From positions 1 through 35,049 of IMG/VR virus record IMGVR_UViG_3300010362_000058: a stretch of DNA of 35,049 bases; one strand, given 5' to 3'. Under the pieces are notes generated by a model. The model made no database searches. It was not told where the DNA came from and saw only the letters and a list, made by a program, of their open reading frames with translations. Positions 1 to 9,021 of the stretch are shown here, one piece after another. Source of the stretch: a virus (lineage: Duplodnaviria > Caudoviricetes). Each line of letters opens with the position of its first letter. Positions within the stretch are counted from its first letter, which is position 1. The position numbers and the translations under genes were made by a program.

Positions 1-1
1 G

Positions 2-808
2 ATGCTCGGGCTTCGGCTCGGCGATCTGCCCCGCGTCCTGGTGGCGACGACGCCGCGGCCGACGCCGTTCATGAAGAAGCTGGTCGCAATGTCGGACCTG
101 CGGATCACCACCGGGTCGACCTACGACAACGCGGCCAACCTGTCGCCGGCGTTCATCCAGCGCATCCGCGAGCTTTACGAGGGGACGCGGCTCGGGCGCC
201 AGGAATTGCACGGGGCCATGATCCTCGACCCGCCCAACGCGCTGTTCAAGGACGAATGGCTCCAGCACGACGACGTCGCCGAGGACGAGATCGAGCAGGC
301 GACCGTCGGCGTCGACCCGTCCGGCGGATCGGACGAAATCGGCATCGTGGTGTCGGCGCTGCTGCGCGACGGCGGCTTTGCGGTGCTCGCGGACCGCACC
401 ATCGCCGGCTCGCCGGCGAAATGGGGCGACGCGGTCGTCCGCGCGCACGACGATTTCGACGCCGACGACGTCGTGGTTGAGAAGAACTTCGGCGGCGATA
501 TGGCGACCGACGTCGTGCAGCAGGCGGCGGAGCGCGCGGTGCAGGCCGGGCGCCGGCCCGACAATCTGATCCGCATCAAGCCGGTGGTGGCGTCGCGCGG
601 CAAGGCGATGCGCGCCGAGCCGGTCTCGCTGCTCTACGAGAAGGGCCGCGTCCGCCACCGTCGCGGCCTCGACCAGCTAGAGGCTGAAATGCTGGCGTTC
701 TCGCGCGAATGGGATCGCGCCGTCGACGGCTCGCCCAACCGGCTCGACGCCATGGTGTGGGGCGTGACCCGGCTGTCGCGCGTCGTCATGGAAATTCCGA
801 TGGCATAG
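2..808 (+). CDS. terL: Phage terminase large subunit, C-terminal part (5'-truncated by the window edge)
   Basis: ATTP coupling motif, STYDN..NL, RQEL, RNase-H-like nuclease motifs VGVDP, VVEKNFGG and SPNRLDA; lies upstream of the portal. Confidence 0.92.
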   Translation: MLGLRLGDLPRVLVATTPRPTPFMKKLVAMSDLRITTGSTYDNAANLSPAFIQRIRELYEGTRLGRQELHGAMILDPPNALFKDEWLQHDDVAEDEIEQATVGVDPSGGSDEIGIVVSALLRDGGFAVLADRTIAGSPAKWGDAVVRAHDDFDADDVVVEKNFGGDMATDVVQQAAERAVQAGRRPDNLIRIKPVVASRGKAMRAEPVSLLYEKGRVRHRRGLDQLEAEMLAFSREWDRAVDGSPNRLDAMVWGVTRLSRVVMEIPMA

Positions 809-817
809 GGGGCGGAC

Positions 818-991
818 ATGCCACGCGGCGGCAAATTTGGCGGACGGCACGGCCCGTCGATCAAGAACCCGGCGACCTACGAGGCGCTGCGGCGGACGAT
901 GTCGAAGGCCCGCGCGGCGGCGATCTCGAATGCGGCGCTCAACAAGGGCTATCGGCGCGGCGTCCACGGACGCAGTCGGCGCCGGCGATAG
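818..991 (+). CDS. Small basic protein, 57 aa (MPRGGKFGGRHGPSIKNPATYEALRRTMSKARAAAISNA...RSRRRR)
   Basis: Translated by hand (below the ORF-track cutoff); GGGGG RBS before ATG 818; GPSIK..YEALR..MSK..AA.ISNA resembles a known small conserved protein family; fills the gap after terL. Confidence 0.7.
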   Translation: MPRGGKFGGRHGPSIKNPATYEALRRTMSKARAAAISNAALNKGYRRGVHGRSRRRR

Positions 992-1001
992 GAGGGAACC
1001 G

Positions 1002-1136
1002 ATGCTGCACGCAACCTGCACCTACACCTGCCCGCCGGACGTGCCGTGCCAATTGCCGACGCCATGGCCGCCGGCGCCGGTGCCGACCGCCCCGGAGCCG
1101 CTTTCGCCGCGCGCGGCGACGACAAGGGGGAGATAG
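1002..1136 (+). CDS. Small Cys/Pro-rich hypothetical protein, 44 aa (MLHATCTYTCPPDVPC...)
   Basis: GGAGGG RBS before ATG 1002; its stop abuts the next ATG at 1137. Confidence 0.55.
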   Translation: MLHATCTYTCPPDVPCQLPTPWPPAPVPTAPEPLSPRAATTRGR

Positions 1137-1352
1137 ATGGCCTGCTACCCATGCCAGCAGCAGCGGCAGGCGTTCGTCCGCGCCGCGCGCACGTTCGATC
1201 TGCGCGGCGCCGCGCGCGCCGTCGGGACCGCGGCCGCCATCAACTACGACAAGGTCCGCGGTCTGTCGCAGGCGGAGGTTGACGCCAAGTATGGCGGGCG
1301 CCCGGTCGTCCGGGCGACGCCGTATCGCCGCCCGCCCGACCGCACGGTTTAG
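1137..1352 (+). CDS. Hypothetical protein with N-terminal CxxC (MACYPC)
   Basis: GGGGAG RBS; tight packing between neighbouring genes. Confidence 0.65.
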   Translation: MACYPCQQQRQAFVRAARTFDLRGAARAVGTAAAINYDKVRGLSQAEVDAKYGGRPVVRATPYRRPPDRTV

Positions 1353-1355
1353 CCC

Positions 1356-2648
1356 ATGCGCTGGTTCCCCGCCGCCGTCTTTCGCAAGCAGACGCCGACG
1401 TCGCCAATAACGTCGCCGTCCCCGCCGCCGTCCGGGCCGCCCGTCGAGTCGGCCGGGGGGCCATTGATCGGCTTCAACCGCACCAACGAGGTGATGCTGC
1501 GCGAATACACCCGCAGCATCTACCTCTGGCGCTGCGTCGACATGATCGCGCAGATGTCGTCGTCCATCGTCCTCGACGTCATGGCGAAGGAAAACCGCCC
1601 GCTCACCGACGACGAGCGCCAGATCGACGATCTGGTGAAGCACCCGAACCCGCAATGGACGGCGGCGCAATTGCAATACTTCATCGCCGCGTCGCTCGGC
1701 GTTGCCAATCGGGCGTTTTTGAAGCGCGTCCGGTCGGCGGTCGACGGCGCCACGCTGGAGCTCTGGCCGATCCCGGCAAACGAGGTTCAACCCCGCTTCT
1801 ACCCGAACTCGCAGGTGATCGAGGCCTGGGAGCGCGTGACCGCGTCCGGCAAGGAGGAATATCCGATTGACGAGACCGGCGACAGCGATCTGATCTGCGT
1901 CCGCCGGCCGGCGCTCAACGAGGCAACCGACAGATCGCCGGCGGTCGTCGCGCTGGCGCCGGCGGAGGTGTTCACCCGCATCCTCCAGCGCTGCTACGAC
2001 ATCGTCAGCAACGCGTCGAACATCACCGGCATGCTGTCGACCGAGACCGAGATCGGCAAGACCGCGGTCCGGGAAATCAAGGACACGCTGCTGAAATATC
2101 GGACCGGCGGCGGCGATTCGGGCGGCGTGCTCGTCACCGCCAACGCCAAGTGGGATCTGACGCGGCTGTCGGAGGACCCGTCGCAGGCGCTGTCGGTGTC
2201 GATCAAGGACTCGCTCGCCCGCGACGTTTGCATGACCTTCGGCGTGCCGACGCAACTGGTCGGCATTCCGGGGACCGACACCTACAACAACCTCGCGCTC
2301 GCCCGCGTCGGCCTGCTCACCGACACGGTGCTGCCCGGCTACATCAACCTCTATGTGTCGGCGCTAAATCATGCGCTGATGCAGGGCGAGCTAGGCGCCG
2401 CCCGGATCGTCCCCAATGTCGCGGCGATCCCGTCGATGGCCGCGTCCCGCCTGCAACTGGTCGACACCGCCAGCAAGGCGACGATGCTGTCCGTCAACGA
2501 GCAGCGCGGGCTGCTCGGCTACCCGCCCTATGACGACGACGAGATGGCCGACGTCCCGGTGCTGCTGGAGCAGATGCGGCGCCTGCGCCTCCAGGTCGAG
2601 CTGGCGGGCGGCGGCGCGGCGATCCCGCTCGACGACGAGCCCACCTAG
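1356..2648 (+). CDS. Phage portal protein (HK97-like)
   Basis: RCVDMIAQ, HPNP, ELWPIP, DVCMTFGVP..LVG, TYNN and SVNEQR.LLGYPP motifs; position after terminase. Confidence 0.9.
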   Translation: MRWFPAAVFRKQTPTSPITSPSPPPSGPPVESAGGPLIGFNRTNEVMLREYTRSIYLWRCVDMIAQMSSSIVLDVMAKENRPLTDDERQIDDLVKHPNPQWTAAQLQYFIAASLGVANRAFLKRVRSAVDGATLELWPIPANEVQPRFYPNSQVIEAWERVTASGKEEYPIDETGDSDLICVRRPALNEATDRSPAVVALAPAEVFTRILQRCYDIVSNASNITGMLSTETEIGKTAVREIKDTLLKYRTGGGDSGGVLVTANAKWDLTRLSEDPSQALSVSIKDSLARDVCMTFGVPTQLVGIPGTDTYNNLALARVGLLTDTVLPGYINLYVSALNHALMQGELGAARIVPNVAAIPSMAASRLQLVDTASKATMLSVNEQRGLLGYPPYDDDEMADVPVLLEQMRRLRLQVELAGGGAAIPLDDEPT

Positions 2649-3368
2649 ATGCTGGTCGACGTCGAATCGGACCGCGAATTTCAGGCCTATTGCGACCGGG
2701 TCGAGCGGCGGCTCTATGCCGACATGGTGCCGGTGCTCGTCGCCGGCGTCCGGCTCCAGGTCGCCCGCACCGGCGTCCGCGCCCAGGACTACGTCGAGGC
2801 GCGCGGCGCCCCGATCCTGCTGCGCTACTACCGGCGCATCTATCGCGATCAATTCCGCGCGGTCGGCGCGGCGCTGGCCGAGGAAAAGGCCGAGACGCTC
2901 ACCGGGTTCATGGCCGAGCAGCTGCGCTGGCTCGCCCGGACCGCCGGGGCGCAAATCCGGCGGATCGCGGAATCGCTGCGCCGGGACGTCGCCGACCTTG
3001 TGATGGCGCGGGTCCGGGCGGGGAAATCCAACGACGTCATCGCCCGCGAAATCGCCCGCATGGCGCCCGAGATCGCGCGGCCGCGCGCCGCCGCCATCGC
3101 CCGCACAGAGACCCACAACAGCGCAGTCGCCGCGGTCGACGCGACGCTGCAATACAAGCGGATCACCGTCCGCACCAAGACCTGGTGGAGCGCACAGGAT
3201 CGCCGCGTCCGGCCGAGCCATCAGGAGGCGCATGGCCAGACCGTGGCCCATGATCAGGCGTTTACGGTCGGCGGCGCCGCCATGATGCGCCCGGGCGACT
3301 CCAGCATGGGCGCCGGCCCGGAGGAGATCATCAACTGCCGCTGCGCCGTGCTGTTCAATACGGCATAG
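2649..3368 (+). CDS. Head morphogenesis protein (Mu gpF / SPP1 gp7-like)
   Basis: RA..IARTET, KTW....DRRVRPSH, HGQ, MMRPGD and EIINCRC signature motifs. Confidence 0.92.
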   Translation: MLVDVESDREFQAYCDRVERRLYADMVPVLVAGVRLQVARTGVRAQDYVEARGAPILLRYYRRIYRDQFRAVGAALAEEKAETLTGFMAEQLRWLARTAGAQIRRIAESLRRDVADLVMARVRAGKSNDVIAREIARMAPEIARPRAAAIARTETHNSAVAAVDATLQYKRITVRTKTWWSAQDRRVRPSHQEAHGQTVAHDQAFTVGGAAMMRPGDSSMGAGPEEIINCRCAVLFNTA

Positions 3369-3559
3369 ATTGTCGCAGGGGTAAGTCATTGACGGACCGG
3401 GGGCGGGGGCCCGGCCGCGGTCCGATCCGCGCGCAAGATGTCCGCTGTTCATCGGGTCAAGCGATTCCGGAAATTATTTTCGGGCTTTGATCCGCAAAGC
3501 AAAACGAGCAAGAAACCCCGATAAAACGGGCACTTCTCGCAAAGTCGCTGAGGCGCATT

Positions 3560-3619
3560 TGCTATAATAGCTGCACGTTCGGTCGGGGGGCGTTCCCCCG
3601 CCGGGCGGGCTATTTGACA
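3560..3619 (+). promoter_or_regulatory. Extended -10 promoter (TGcTATAAT) within palindrome GCTATAATAGC, followed by a GC hairpin (3584-3600) and boxA-like GCTATTTGACA
   Basis: Motifs read directly, in an AT-richer intergenic region upstream of ORF 3636. Confidence 0.55.
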
Positions 3620-3635
3620 TTGTGGAGAAACGAAG

Positions 3636-3914
3636 ATGACGACGACGCAAAACGGCGGCGCGCACGAGTGCGCCGACTGCACTCACTTCCTCGCGCTGAC
3701 GGCAAGTTGGCCGGGCGGGTGGGCGCGGTCAACGACAGCGGAAAAGGCGCTCGCGGCCCTCCGGGCCGACTGGGGGCCGACCGTCCGGACGCACGGATAC
3801 ATGCTCTACCGCGTGCATCCCGAGACGGAGATGGATGAGCTTGCCTCATTCGTCTTCCCGCGCGGCCATGCCCCGACGCTGGTCGAGGACAAATCCAAGC
3901 GCGGCCGCCGCTGA
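3636..3914 (+). CDS. Hypothetical accessory protein
   Basis: GGAG RBS, promoter upstream, hairpin downstream. Confidence 0.65.
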   Translation: MTTTQNGGAHECADCTHFLALTASWPGGWARSTTAEKALAALRADWGPTVRTHGYMLYRVHPETEMDELASFVFPRGHAPTLVEDKSKRGRR

Positions 3915-3947
3915 AAAAAAGCCGCCGGGGGGATCGGCCCCGGCGGC
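3914..3947 (-). terminator. Intrinsic terminator-like hairpin with the U-tract on the minus strand
   Basis: AAAAAAA GCCGCCGGGG-ggatcgg-CCCCGGCGGC. Confidence 0.55.
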
Positions 3948-3978
3948 CCACCAACCAACAGAAAGGAAGTGACGAACG

Positions 3979-4422
3979 ATGCCCAATCCTATCACGATCA
4001 CGCTCCGCGCGGAAGACGCGGAGCCCATCCTCCGCGAGGAAGCCCGCAAGGCCGCGTTCTATGGCGCGCTAGGGGACTACATCACCAAGCGCACCTGGGA
4101 CACGCCCGGCGGGCGGAGCCTAGCGGACGACCGGCAATGCTGGCAGCGGGAATTCCTGCGGGCGAAGCGGATCGTCGAATCCTTCGGCGTCGAATACGAG
4201 CCGACGTCGGAGGAGGAGACAATGACCGTCCAATTCCCGATGAAAAACGAGAAGCGGACGCCGGTCGTCGTCGCCGGCCTGATCAAATACACGCGGGTCG
4301 AGGGCGGCGAGCCCGACTACAAGAAACCGGAGCCGCGCTACCGCCGCGGCGTCCATGCCGAGGCCTGCATTCAGGCCGCCGACCGGGTCGTCCGCCGCTG
4401 GCGGGCGACGCTAGGCGACTAG
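3979..4422 (+). CDS. Hypothetical accessory protein; possible second in-frame start at 4222
   Basis: AAGGAAG RBS before 3979; internal GGAGGAG-aca-ATG at 4222. Confidence 0.65.
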   Translation: MPNPITITLRAEDAEPILREEARKAAFYGALGDYITKRTWDTPGGRSLADDRQCWQREFLRAKRIVESFGVEYEPTSEEETMTVQFPMKNEKRTPVVVAGLIKYTRVEGGEPDYKKPEPRYRRGVHAEACIQAADRVVRRWRATLGD

Positions 4423-4524
4423 GCGGCGGGGGCCGCCCCCGGGCGGCCCCCCCTTCCCGGATCGGCGGGGCCACTTTACCGCTTCCGGGAATAGGACTAT
4501 CGTCTGCACCCATCTCCGTCGGGG

Positions 4525-5238
4525 ATGGGCGCGATGCTGTTTTCCGACATGACGCTGGGCCGGTTGGAGACCAAGGCCGTCGCCGACGGTGACGAGGTCG
4601 CGCACTTTGCCGGCGTCGCGTCGACGTCCGACATCGACCTAGTCGACGACATCATCGAGCCCGGCGCGTTCGGCAAGATCGTCCCCAAGGACGTCGCGCT
4701 GCTGCGCGATCATGTCGGCACCCAATGCATCGGCGGCTGGACCGGATTCGAGCAGGACGGCAAGCACCTGCGCGTCGAGGGCGACATTTCGCTCGCGATC
4801 CCGCTCGGCCGCGAAACCTACACGCTGATGAAGCAGGGATTTCTATCCGGGATCAGCGTCGGCTACCGCATCCGCAAGGGCGGGATGGCCTTCGACGAGG
4901 CCAGCGGCGTCCGCCGGATCAAGAAGGCGACGCTGGTCGAGTGCTCCATCGTCGCGGTCCCGGCCAATCGCGGGGCGCGCGTCCGCTCGGTCAAATCGCT
5001 GCTCGGGTCGCCGGCCGAATTGCACGAATGGCTGGCGGACGCCGGGTTTGACGACCGCGAGATCGACGTCGTGATCAGCCGGGGATTTGACGCGCTGCGG
5101 CGCGACGAGCGCGGCGCCCTCCGCATCCATGGGGTCGACGGGTTCGGCCGATTGCCGACCGACGACCAGTGTTCCGCTTTGGCAGAGGCCGTCCGCGGCC
5201 TCGTTAACGACGTGAGGCAGCCCAATGTCCACAGTTGA
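4525..5238 (+). CDS. HK97-family prohead protease
   Basis: D...DIIEPGAF, LLRDH, IGGW, GISVGY and ECSIVAVPAN catalytic His/Ser motifs; directly before the capsid gene. Confidence 0.93.
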   Translation: MGAMLFSDMTLGRLETKAVADGDEVAHFAGVASTSDIDLVDDIIEPGAFGKIVPKDVALLRDHVGTQCIGGWTGFEQDGKHLRVEGDISLAIPLGRETYTLMKQGFLSGISVGYRIRKGGMAFDEASGVRRIKKATLVECSIVAVPANRGARVRSVKSLLGSPAELHEWLADAGFDDREIDVVISRGFDALRRDERGALRIHGVDGFGRLPTDDQCSALAEAVRGLVNDVRQPNVHS

Positions 5239-6580
5239 GGACCGCATCGCCGAACTGCTCAAGGAGATTCAAACCGCCCGGACCGATCTGGCCAAGGGCG
5301 ACGACGCGCGGATGGCTGCCCTCGCCGAGCTTCGCGCCGACGTCGAGAAGGGGTCGAAATCGGTCGGCGAGGTCACGGCCAAAATCGACCGGATCAGCGC
5401 CGATATGGCGGCGCAGGCGACCCGGGCGCAGACGCTAGAGGCGGCAATCGAGACGCTGTCGAAGAAGGTCGGCCGGCCGGGCGGTCCGGAATTTTCCGAC
5501 GAGGTCAATCGCAAGGCCGCGCTCGGCCTGCTCGAATTGCGGCATCTCGCGCGGGTCCCGAAGCGGGACGCCGAGCACCCGTTCAAGCCGACCGAGGAGC
5601 AGATCGCCGAGGCGGCGACCGCCATCAAGGGCGTGCGCGGTCTGCTCAAGACGACCGACATCGGCAACCTCCCCGAGGATTGCCGCAAGGCGCTGACGTC
5701 GTTCAATCTCGGCTCGTCCGGCTTCATTTTGCCGCCGGAAATGTCGTCGCGCGTGCTCTCCTGCCTGGAGGACATCACCGACGTCGCCGGGCTCATGCAG
5801 AACATCACCATTAGCGGCCCGTCGATCAAATTCATGGTGGACGACGCGCGGCTCATGGAGGCGGCATGGGCGTGCCAGACCGATTGCTTCGCCAACAACC
5901 CGGCCGGCGATCTGACCCGCGGGCTCGGCGAGCTAGAGCTTAGGCCGGAGACGCTCCGCTTCATCGTGTGCACGTCGCGCGACATTTTGGAGGACGCCTC
6001 GGTCGACATGGAAACCTGGATGCTCGGCAAGGTGAACTGGGCATTCCGCAACACGATCAGCACGGCGATCATTTCCGGCGACGGGATCGGGAAGCCCATC
6101 GGCATTCTCAACCCGGCGTCGGGCATCCCCATCTGCGACGTCTCGGCGTCGACGCCCGCCGGTCAATTCACGTGGCAGGATTTGGTGCTGCTCAAGTGGC
6201 AGGTGCCGATGCAATTCCATGGCGGCGGCGGCGCCGGCGGGGGCCGCTATCTCATGAACCAGAACACCTTCGGCCTGGTGTTGACGATGTCCGACGCCAT
6301 GGGCCGGCCGATCATGATCGCGACGCCGACCGAGGCCGGGGTATTCACCATCGCCGGCTCGCCGGTGCAGATCGTCACGCAGATGCCGGACGTCGCGCCG
6401 GGATCGACCCCGGTCGCCTTCGGCAACTGGAACATCGCCTACATGGTGGTGAACCGCCGAGCCGTCACCATGCAACAGGACCCATACAGCGCCGGCTTCT
6501 GCGTGCTCTACAAGTTCGAGGCGCGCGTCGGCGGCGGGATCATTTGCGCCAACGCGGCGCGGCTGATGCGCATCCGCTAG
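5225..6580 (+). CDS. HK97-fold major capsid protein with N-terminal coiled-coil (delta/scaffold) domain
   Basis: GFILPPE, GDG.GKPIGIL, YLMN..T, G.PV, VAFGNW and RVGG motifs; helical N-terminus. Confidence 0.95.
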   Translation: MSTVEDRIAELLKEIQTARTDLAKGDDARMAALAELRADVEKGSKSVGEVTAKIDRISADMAAQATRAQTLEAAIETLSKKVGRPGGPEFSDEVNRKAALGLLELRHLARVPKRDAEHPFKPTEEQIAEAATAIKGVRGLLKTTDIGNLPEDCRKALTSFNLGSSGFILPPEMSSRVLSCLEDITDVAGLMQNITISGPSIKFMVDDARLMEAAWACQTDCFANNPAGDLTRGLGELELRPETLRFIVCTSRDILEDASVDMETWMLGKVNWAFRNTISTAIISGDGIGKPIGILNPASGIPICDVSASTPAGQFTWQDLVLLKWQVPMQFHGGGGAGGGRYLMNQNTFGLVLTMSDAMGRPIMIATPTEAGVFTIAGSPVQIVTQMPDVAPGSTPVAFGNWNIAYMVVNRRAVTMQQDPYSAGFCVLYKFEARVGGGIICANAARLMRIR

Positions 6581-6605
6581 GCCCGCGGGAGAGGAGAACC
6601 AACAC

Positions 6606-7019
6606 ATGACTTTTTCAGCGGCCGGCCAGCTTCTGGTTTTCGACGGCAAGTCGCCGAACTGGGCCGACATCAGTCCCGGCTATGCCTACGCGGTGGTGCT
6701 CGCCAACCAAACGAACGCCGACATTACCAGCGGCACGTTCACGATCCAGAGCGCGCCGGCCGATCCCGACGACCGCTGCGCGCCCGACGCCACCAAGTGG
6801 GCGGACGTCGAGGTCCAGCCGCAATGCGACGAGCATCCGCAGACGGTTGCCGGTCCGGCGACGATCACGCTCAGCACCGAGGCGCCGCTCAAGGCGCACT
6901 CGCAATGCCAATATGCGGTGCCCTGCGTTGCGCAATTCCTGCGCGTCGTCGCCGGGACCGGCGGCGCCGGCGTCGGGGTCTTTATCGTGGTGACGCGGCT
7001 GCGGCGTGTCTCCTGGTGA
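6606..7019 (+). CDS. Putative capsid decoration / head-associated protein (4 Cys)
   Basis: GAGGAG RBS; beta-rich sequence immediately after the capsid gene; function inferred from position only. Confidence 0.55.
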   Translation: MTFSAAGQLLVFDGKSPNWADISPGYAYAVVLANQTNADITSGTFTIQSAPADPDDRCAPDATKWADVEVQPQCDEHPQTVAGPATITLSTEAPLKAHSQCQYAVPCVAQFLRVVAGTGGAGVGVFIVVTRLRRVSW

Positions 7020-7029
7020 CGGGGGCGCC

Positions 7030-7389
7030 ATGCGGCTCGGCGAGGCGCAGCGCATAACGGGCGACGCCCGCATCGCCTTCCGCGGCGCCGGTCCGGCGCG
7101 CTTCCGTCTTGAGCACGCCCGCGACCGCAACGGCGAGCCCGACAGCCTGTCATGGTGCGAGGTGTCGCGGGTGAGCAACGGCGCGGCGGCGGCGCCGACG
7201 GCGGAGGGCCTCGGTCACGGCCGCATCCTCGACGGCGTGCTGGTCGACGTCGTCGACGGCAACACGGACGTTTTCTACCGCCGGCATAATGCCGGCTGGC
7301 TGCGGGTCGTCCCGCATGACCCGGACGACGCGGAGGAGACGGAGCGATGCGCCGCGTACTCGGTAACGGTGACGGGGACGACGACGTGA
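7030..7389 (+). CDS. Hypothetical protein
   Basis: GGGGG RBS before ATG 7030; overlaps the next gene's start. Confidence 0.6.
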   Translation: MRLGEAQRITGDARIAFRGAGPARFRLEHARDRNGEPDSLSWCEVSRVSNGAAAAPTAEGLGHGRILDGVLVDVVDGNTDVFYRRHNAGWLRVVPHDPDDAEETERCAAYSVTVTGTTT

Positions 7390-7634
7390 GCATGGTGGTG
7401 CATATGCGCCAGGACGCGCGCTATTCGACCGACAACGGCATCACGCTCACCGAATATGCGAGCGGCGAATTCTACGAGGTCCCTGACCACGTCGCCGCCG
7501 GCATGATTGCGCGCGGGTGGGCGGTGCCCGCCCGCTTCGACGTCGACGCGCCGCGCCCGGGCGATTCCCCGGCGGCGGCGGACGACGACGCCGGACCGCC
7601 GCCGAAGATCAAACTCAGAGGAGGCTCGTCATGA
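7386..7634 (+). CDS. Small head-associated hypothetical protein
   Basis: GTGA and ATGA overlaps at both ends; G..YEVPD..A..MI..GWA pattern typical of small post-capsid genes. Confidence 0.65.
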   Translation: MSMVVHMRQDARYSTDNGITLTEYASGEFYEVPDHVAAGMIARGWAVPARFDVDAPRPGDSPAAADDDAGPPPKIKLRGGSS

Positions 7635-7816
7635 TGGCGATGTCTATGAAGCAGCAGTGCATCTCGATTTGCGCCCCGGGCCCGACATGCGAGCTTGGCT
7701 GGTTCGCCTCGCCGTGCATGTGCACGACGTCGACGCAAGTCACGGAGCCGGCGGCGCTGCAGGCGCAGGCAACCACGGCGGGCCGGTCGCGCCGCGGTCG
7801 CGGCATTGAGGAGTAG
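7631..7816 (+). CDS. Small Cys-rich hypothetical protein (5 Cys)
   Basis: GAGGAGG RBS and ATGA overlap; MMAMSMKQQCISICAPGPTCELGWFASPCMC. Confidence 0.55.
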   Translation: MMAMSMKQQCISICAPGPTCELGWFASPCMCTTSTQVTEPAALQAQATTAGRSRRGRGIEE

Positions 7817-7820
7817 GAGC

Positions 7821-8033
7821 ATGACCCCGGCGGGACCGCCGCGAGCGATGCCGCAACAGCGGCCCTCGTTGGGCGCGGCCGTGCCGCGGTGCCAGGGCGG
7901 GCTGCTGAATGCCTCGCCTCGCGCCGCCGGGGTCGTCGCGCGCCCGCGCGCCGGCGGGATCGTCGCCGGCCCGCGGGTGGCGCGGATCGTCGCCCACAAG
8001 CGGGTCGGCCGGATCGTCGCGTGTCCATGGTGA
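7821..8033 (+). CDS. Small basic protein with four ~9-aa repeats
   Basis: AGGAG RBS; SPRAAGVVA/RPRAGGIVA/GPRVARIVA/HKRVGRIVA. Confidence 0.55.
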   Translation: MTPAGPPRAMPQQRPSLGAAVPRCQGGLLNASPRAAGVVARPRAGGIVAGPRVARIVAHKRVGRIVACPW

Positions 8034-8042
8034 GGTGCTGTC

Positions 8043-8453
8043 GTGGGAATTCCGTGCGCGCCGATCAATCCCTGCCCGTGCCATCCATGGACAATCGCGC
8101 CGGGCGACACGCAGCCGCTGTTCATTGACTGGGGCGGGTGGCTGGCGTCGGTCCCCGGCTATTCGCTCAACGCCATCGAGTCGGCCGCGCTAACCGACCT
8201 GAACGTCAACCCGCCGGCGCCGGCCGATCCGGACGAGATGGCGCTCGTGTCGGGGATGGACATTGACCCGCCGGCGTCGCAGCCGGGCTTCACCAACATC
8301 GTCGGCACCGCCACCGAGAACATCGTCAAGGCCGGGGCGGACGTCCCGGTCGGCCGCGCCTATCGCCTCGACATTGCGGTGGCGGCGCGCGATTGCAACG
8401 GGCGGAAGATCGTCGCCCACGATTGCGTCTTCATCACCACGTCGCTGATCTGA
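8043..8453 (+). CDS. Virion-associated hypothetical protein (possible fibre/adaptor), Cys-containing
   Basis: GAGGTG RBS, GTG start, TGATG overlap with next gene; PGD...IDW..WL motif. Confidence 0.6.
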   Translation: MGIPCAPINPCPCHPWTIAPGDTQPLFIDWGGWLASVPGYSLNAIESAALTDLNVNPPAPADPDEMALVSGMDIDPPASQPGFTNIVGTATENIVKAGADVPVGRAYRLDIAVAARDCNGRKIVAHDCVFITTSLI

Positions 8454-9019
8454 TGGCCGATTCCCTGGACGCCGCGGACCCCGTCGTCGCCGCCTACGAG
8501 ATCGCCAAGCTGCACGCGGCGGTTGACGGCGCCTTTGACGAGCGGCTGATGCGCCACTGGTTCGAGGCGGCATGGGATTTGTGCGCCGCCATGGTCGGGC
8601 TGGTGTTCCCGCCGCTGCCGGTCGACGAGATTGTGACCGTCGCCCCCGACGGCGCCATCCTGCTGTCGTCGCCCCCGGCCGGCGACGTGCGCTTCTTCAG
8701 CGGGCCGAATCTCGTCGCGGTGCTGCCGCCGAATTCGCCATGCTTCGGGCCCCGGCCCGGCTCGCTATTCGACGACGAGTCGGGCGTCGGTCTGCGCTGC
8801 CCGGACCTGTGCTGCTATTGCAATGTGAGGGCGATTTACATCACCGACGGCGGGCTTGGGATCGAATGCGACGAGGTCCCGCCGTGGTTCGTCCAGGCGG
8901 TCGCCCGCCTATTCACCTATATCGCCGAGAACCGGGGCGACACCGAGATGGACGAGCGCGTCCTGGCAAAATCCGGCGCGAAGGCCTTCCTCGGCCCGCA
9001 CCTTTCATACGCGTTGTGA
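8453..9019 (+). CDS. Head-tail connector (HK97 gp6 / SPP1 gp15-like) with Cys-rich insert
   Basis: AKLHAAVD...D..L....AA N-terminus, VP....QAV..L..Y.ENRG C-terminus; CPDLCCYC insert. Confidence 0.8.
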   Translation: MADSLDAADPVVAAYEIAKLHAAVDGAFDERLMRHWFEAAWDLCAAMVGLVFPPLPVDEIVTVAPDGAILLSSPPAGDVRFFSGPNLVAVLPPNSPCFGPRPGSLFDDESGVGLRCPDLCCYCNVRAIYITDGGLGIECDEVPPWFVQAVARLFTYIAENRGDTEMDERVLAKSGAKAFLGPHLSYAL

Positions 9020-9021
9020 CC

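Noticed and set aside
3382-3393. TAAGTCATTGAC, an IHF-like or att-associated motif
   Set aside because: Imperfect single match with no integrase or att context
2-9019. Gene transfer agent (RcGTA-like) cluster
   Set aside because: Contractile Mu-like tail, gpF gene, accessory islands and overall size do not fit the RcGTA organisation
8572-9021. Long N-terminal extension of the ParB ORF in the ORF track (similarly 9767, 15102 and 16591 starts)
   Set aside because: These overlap upstream genes or lack an RBS; downstream ATGs (9022, 9935, 15441, 16636) fit gene packing and RBS better
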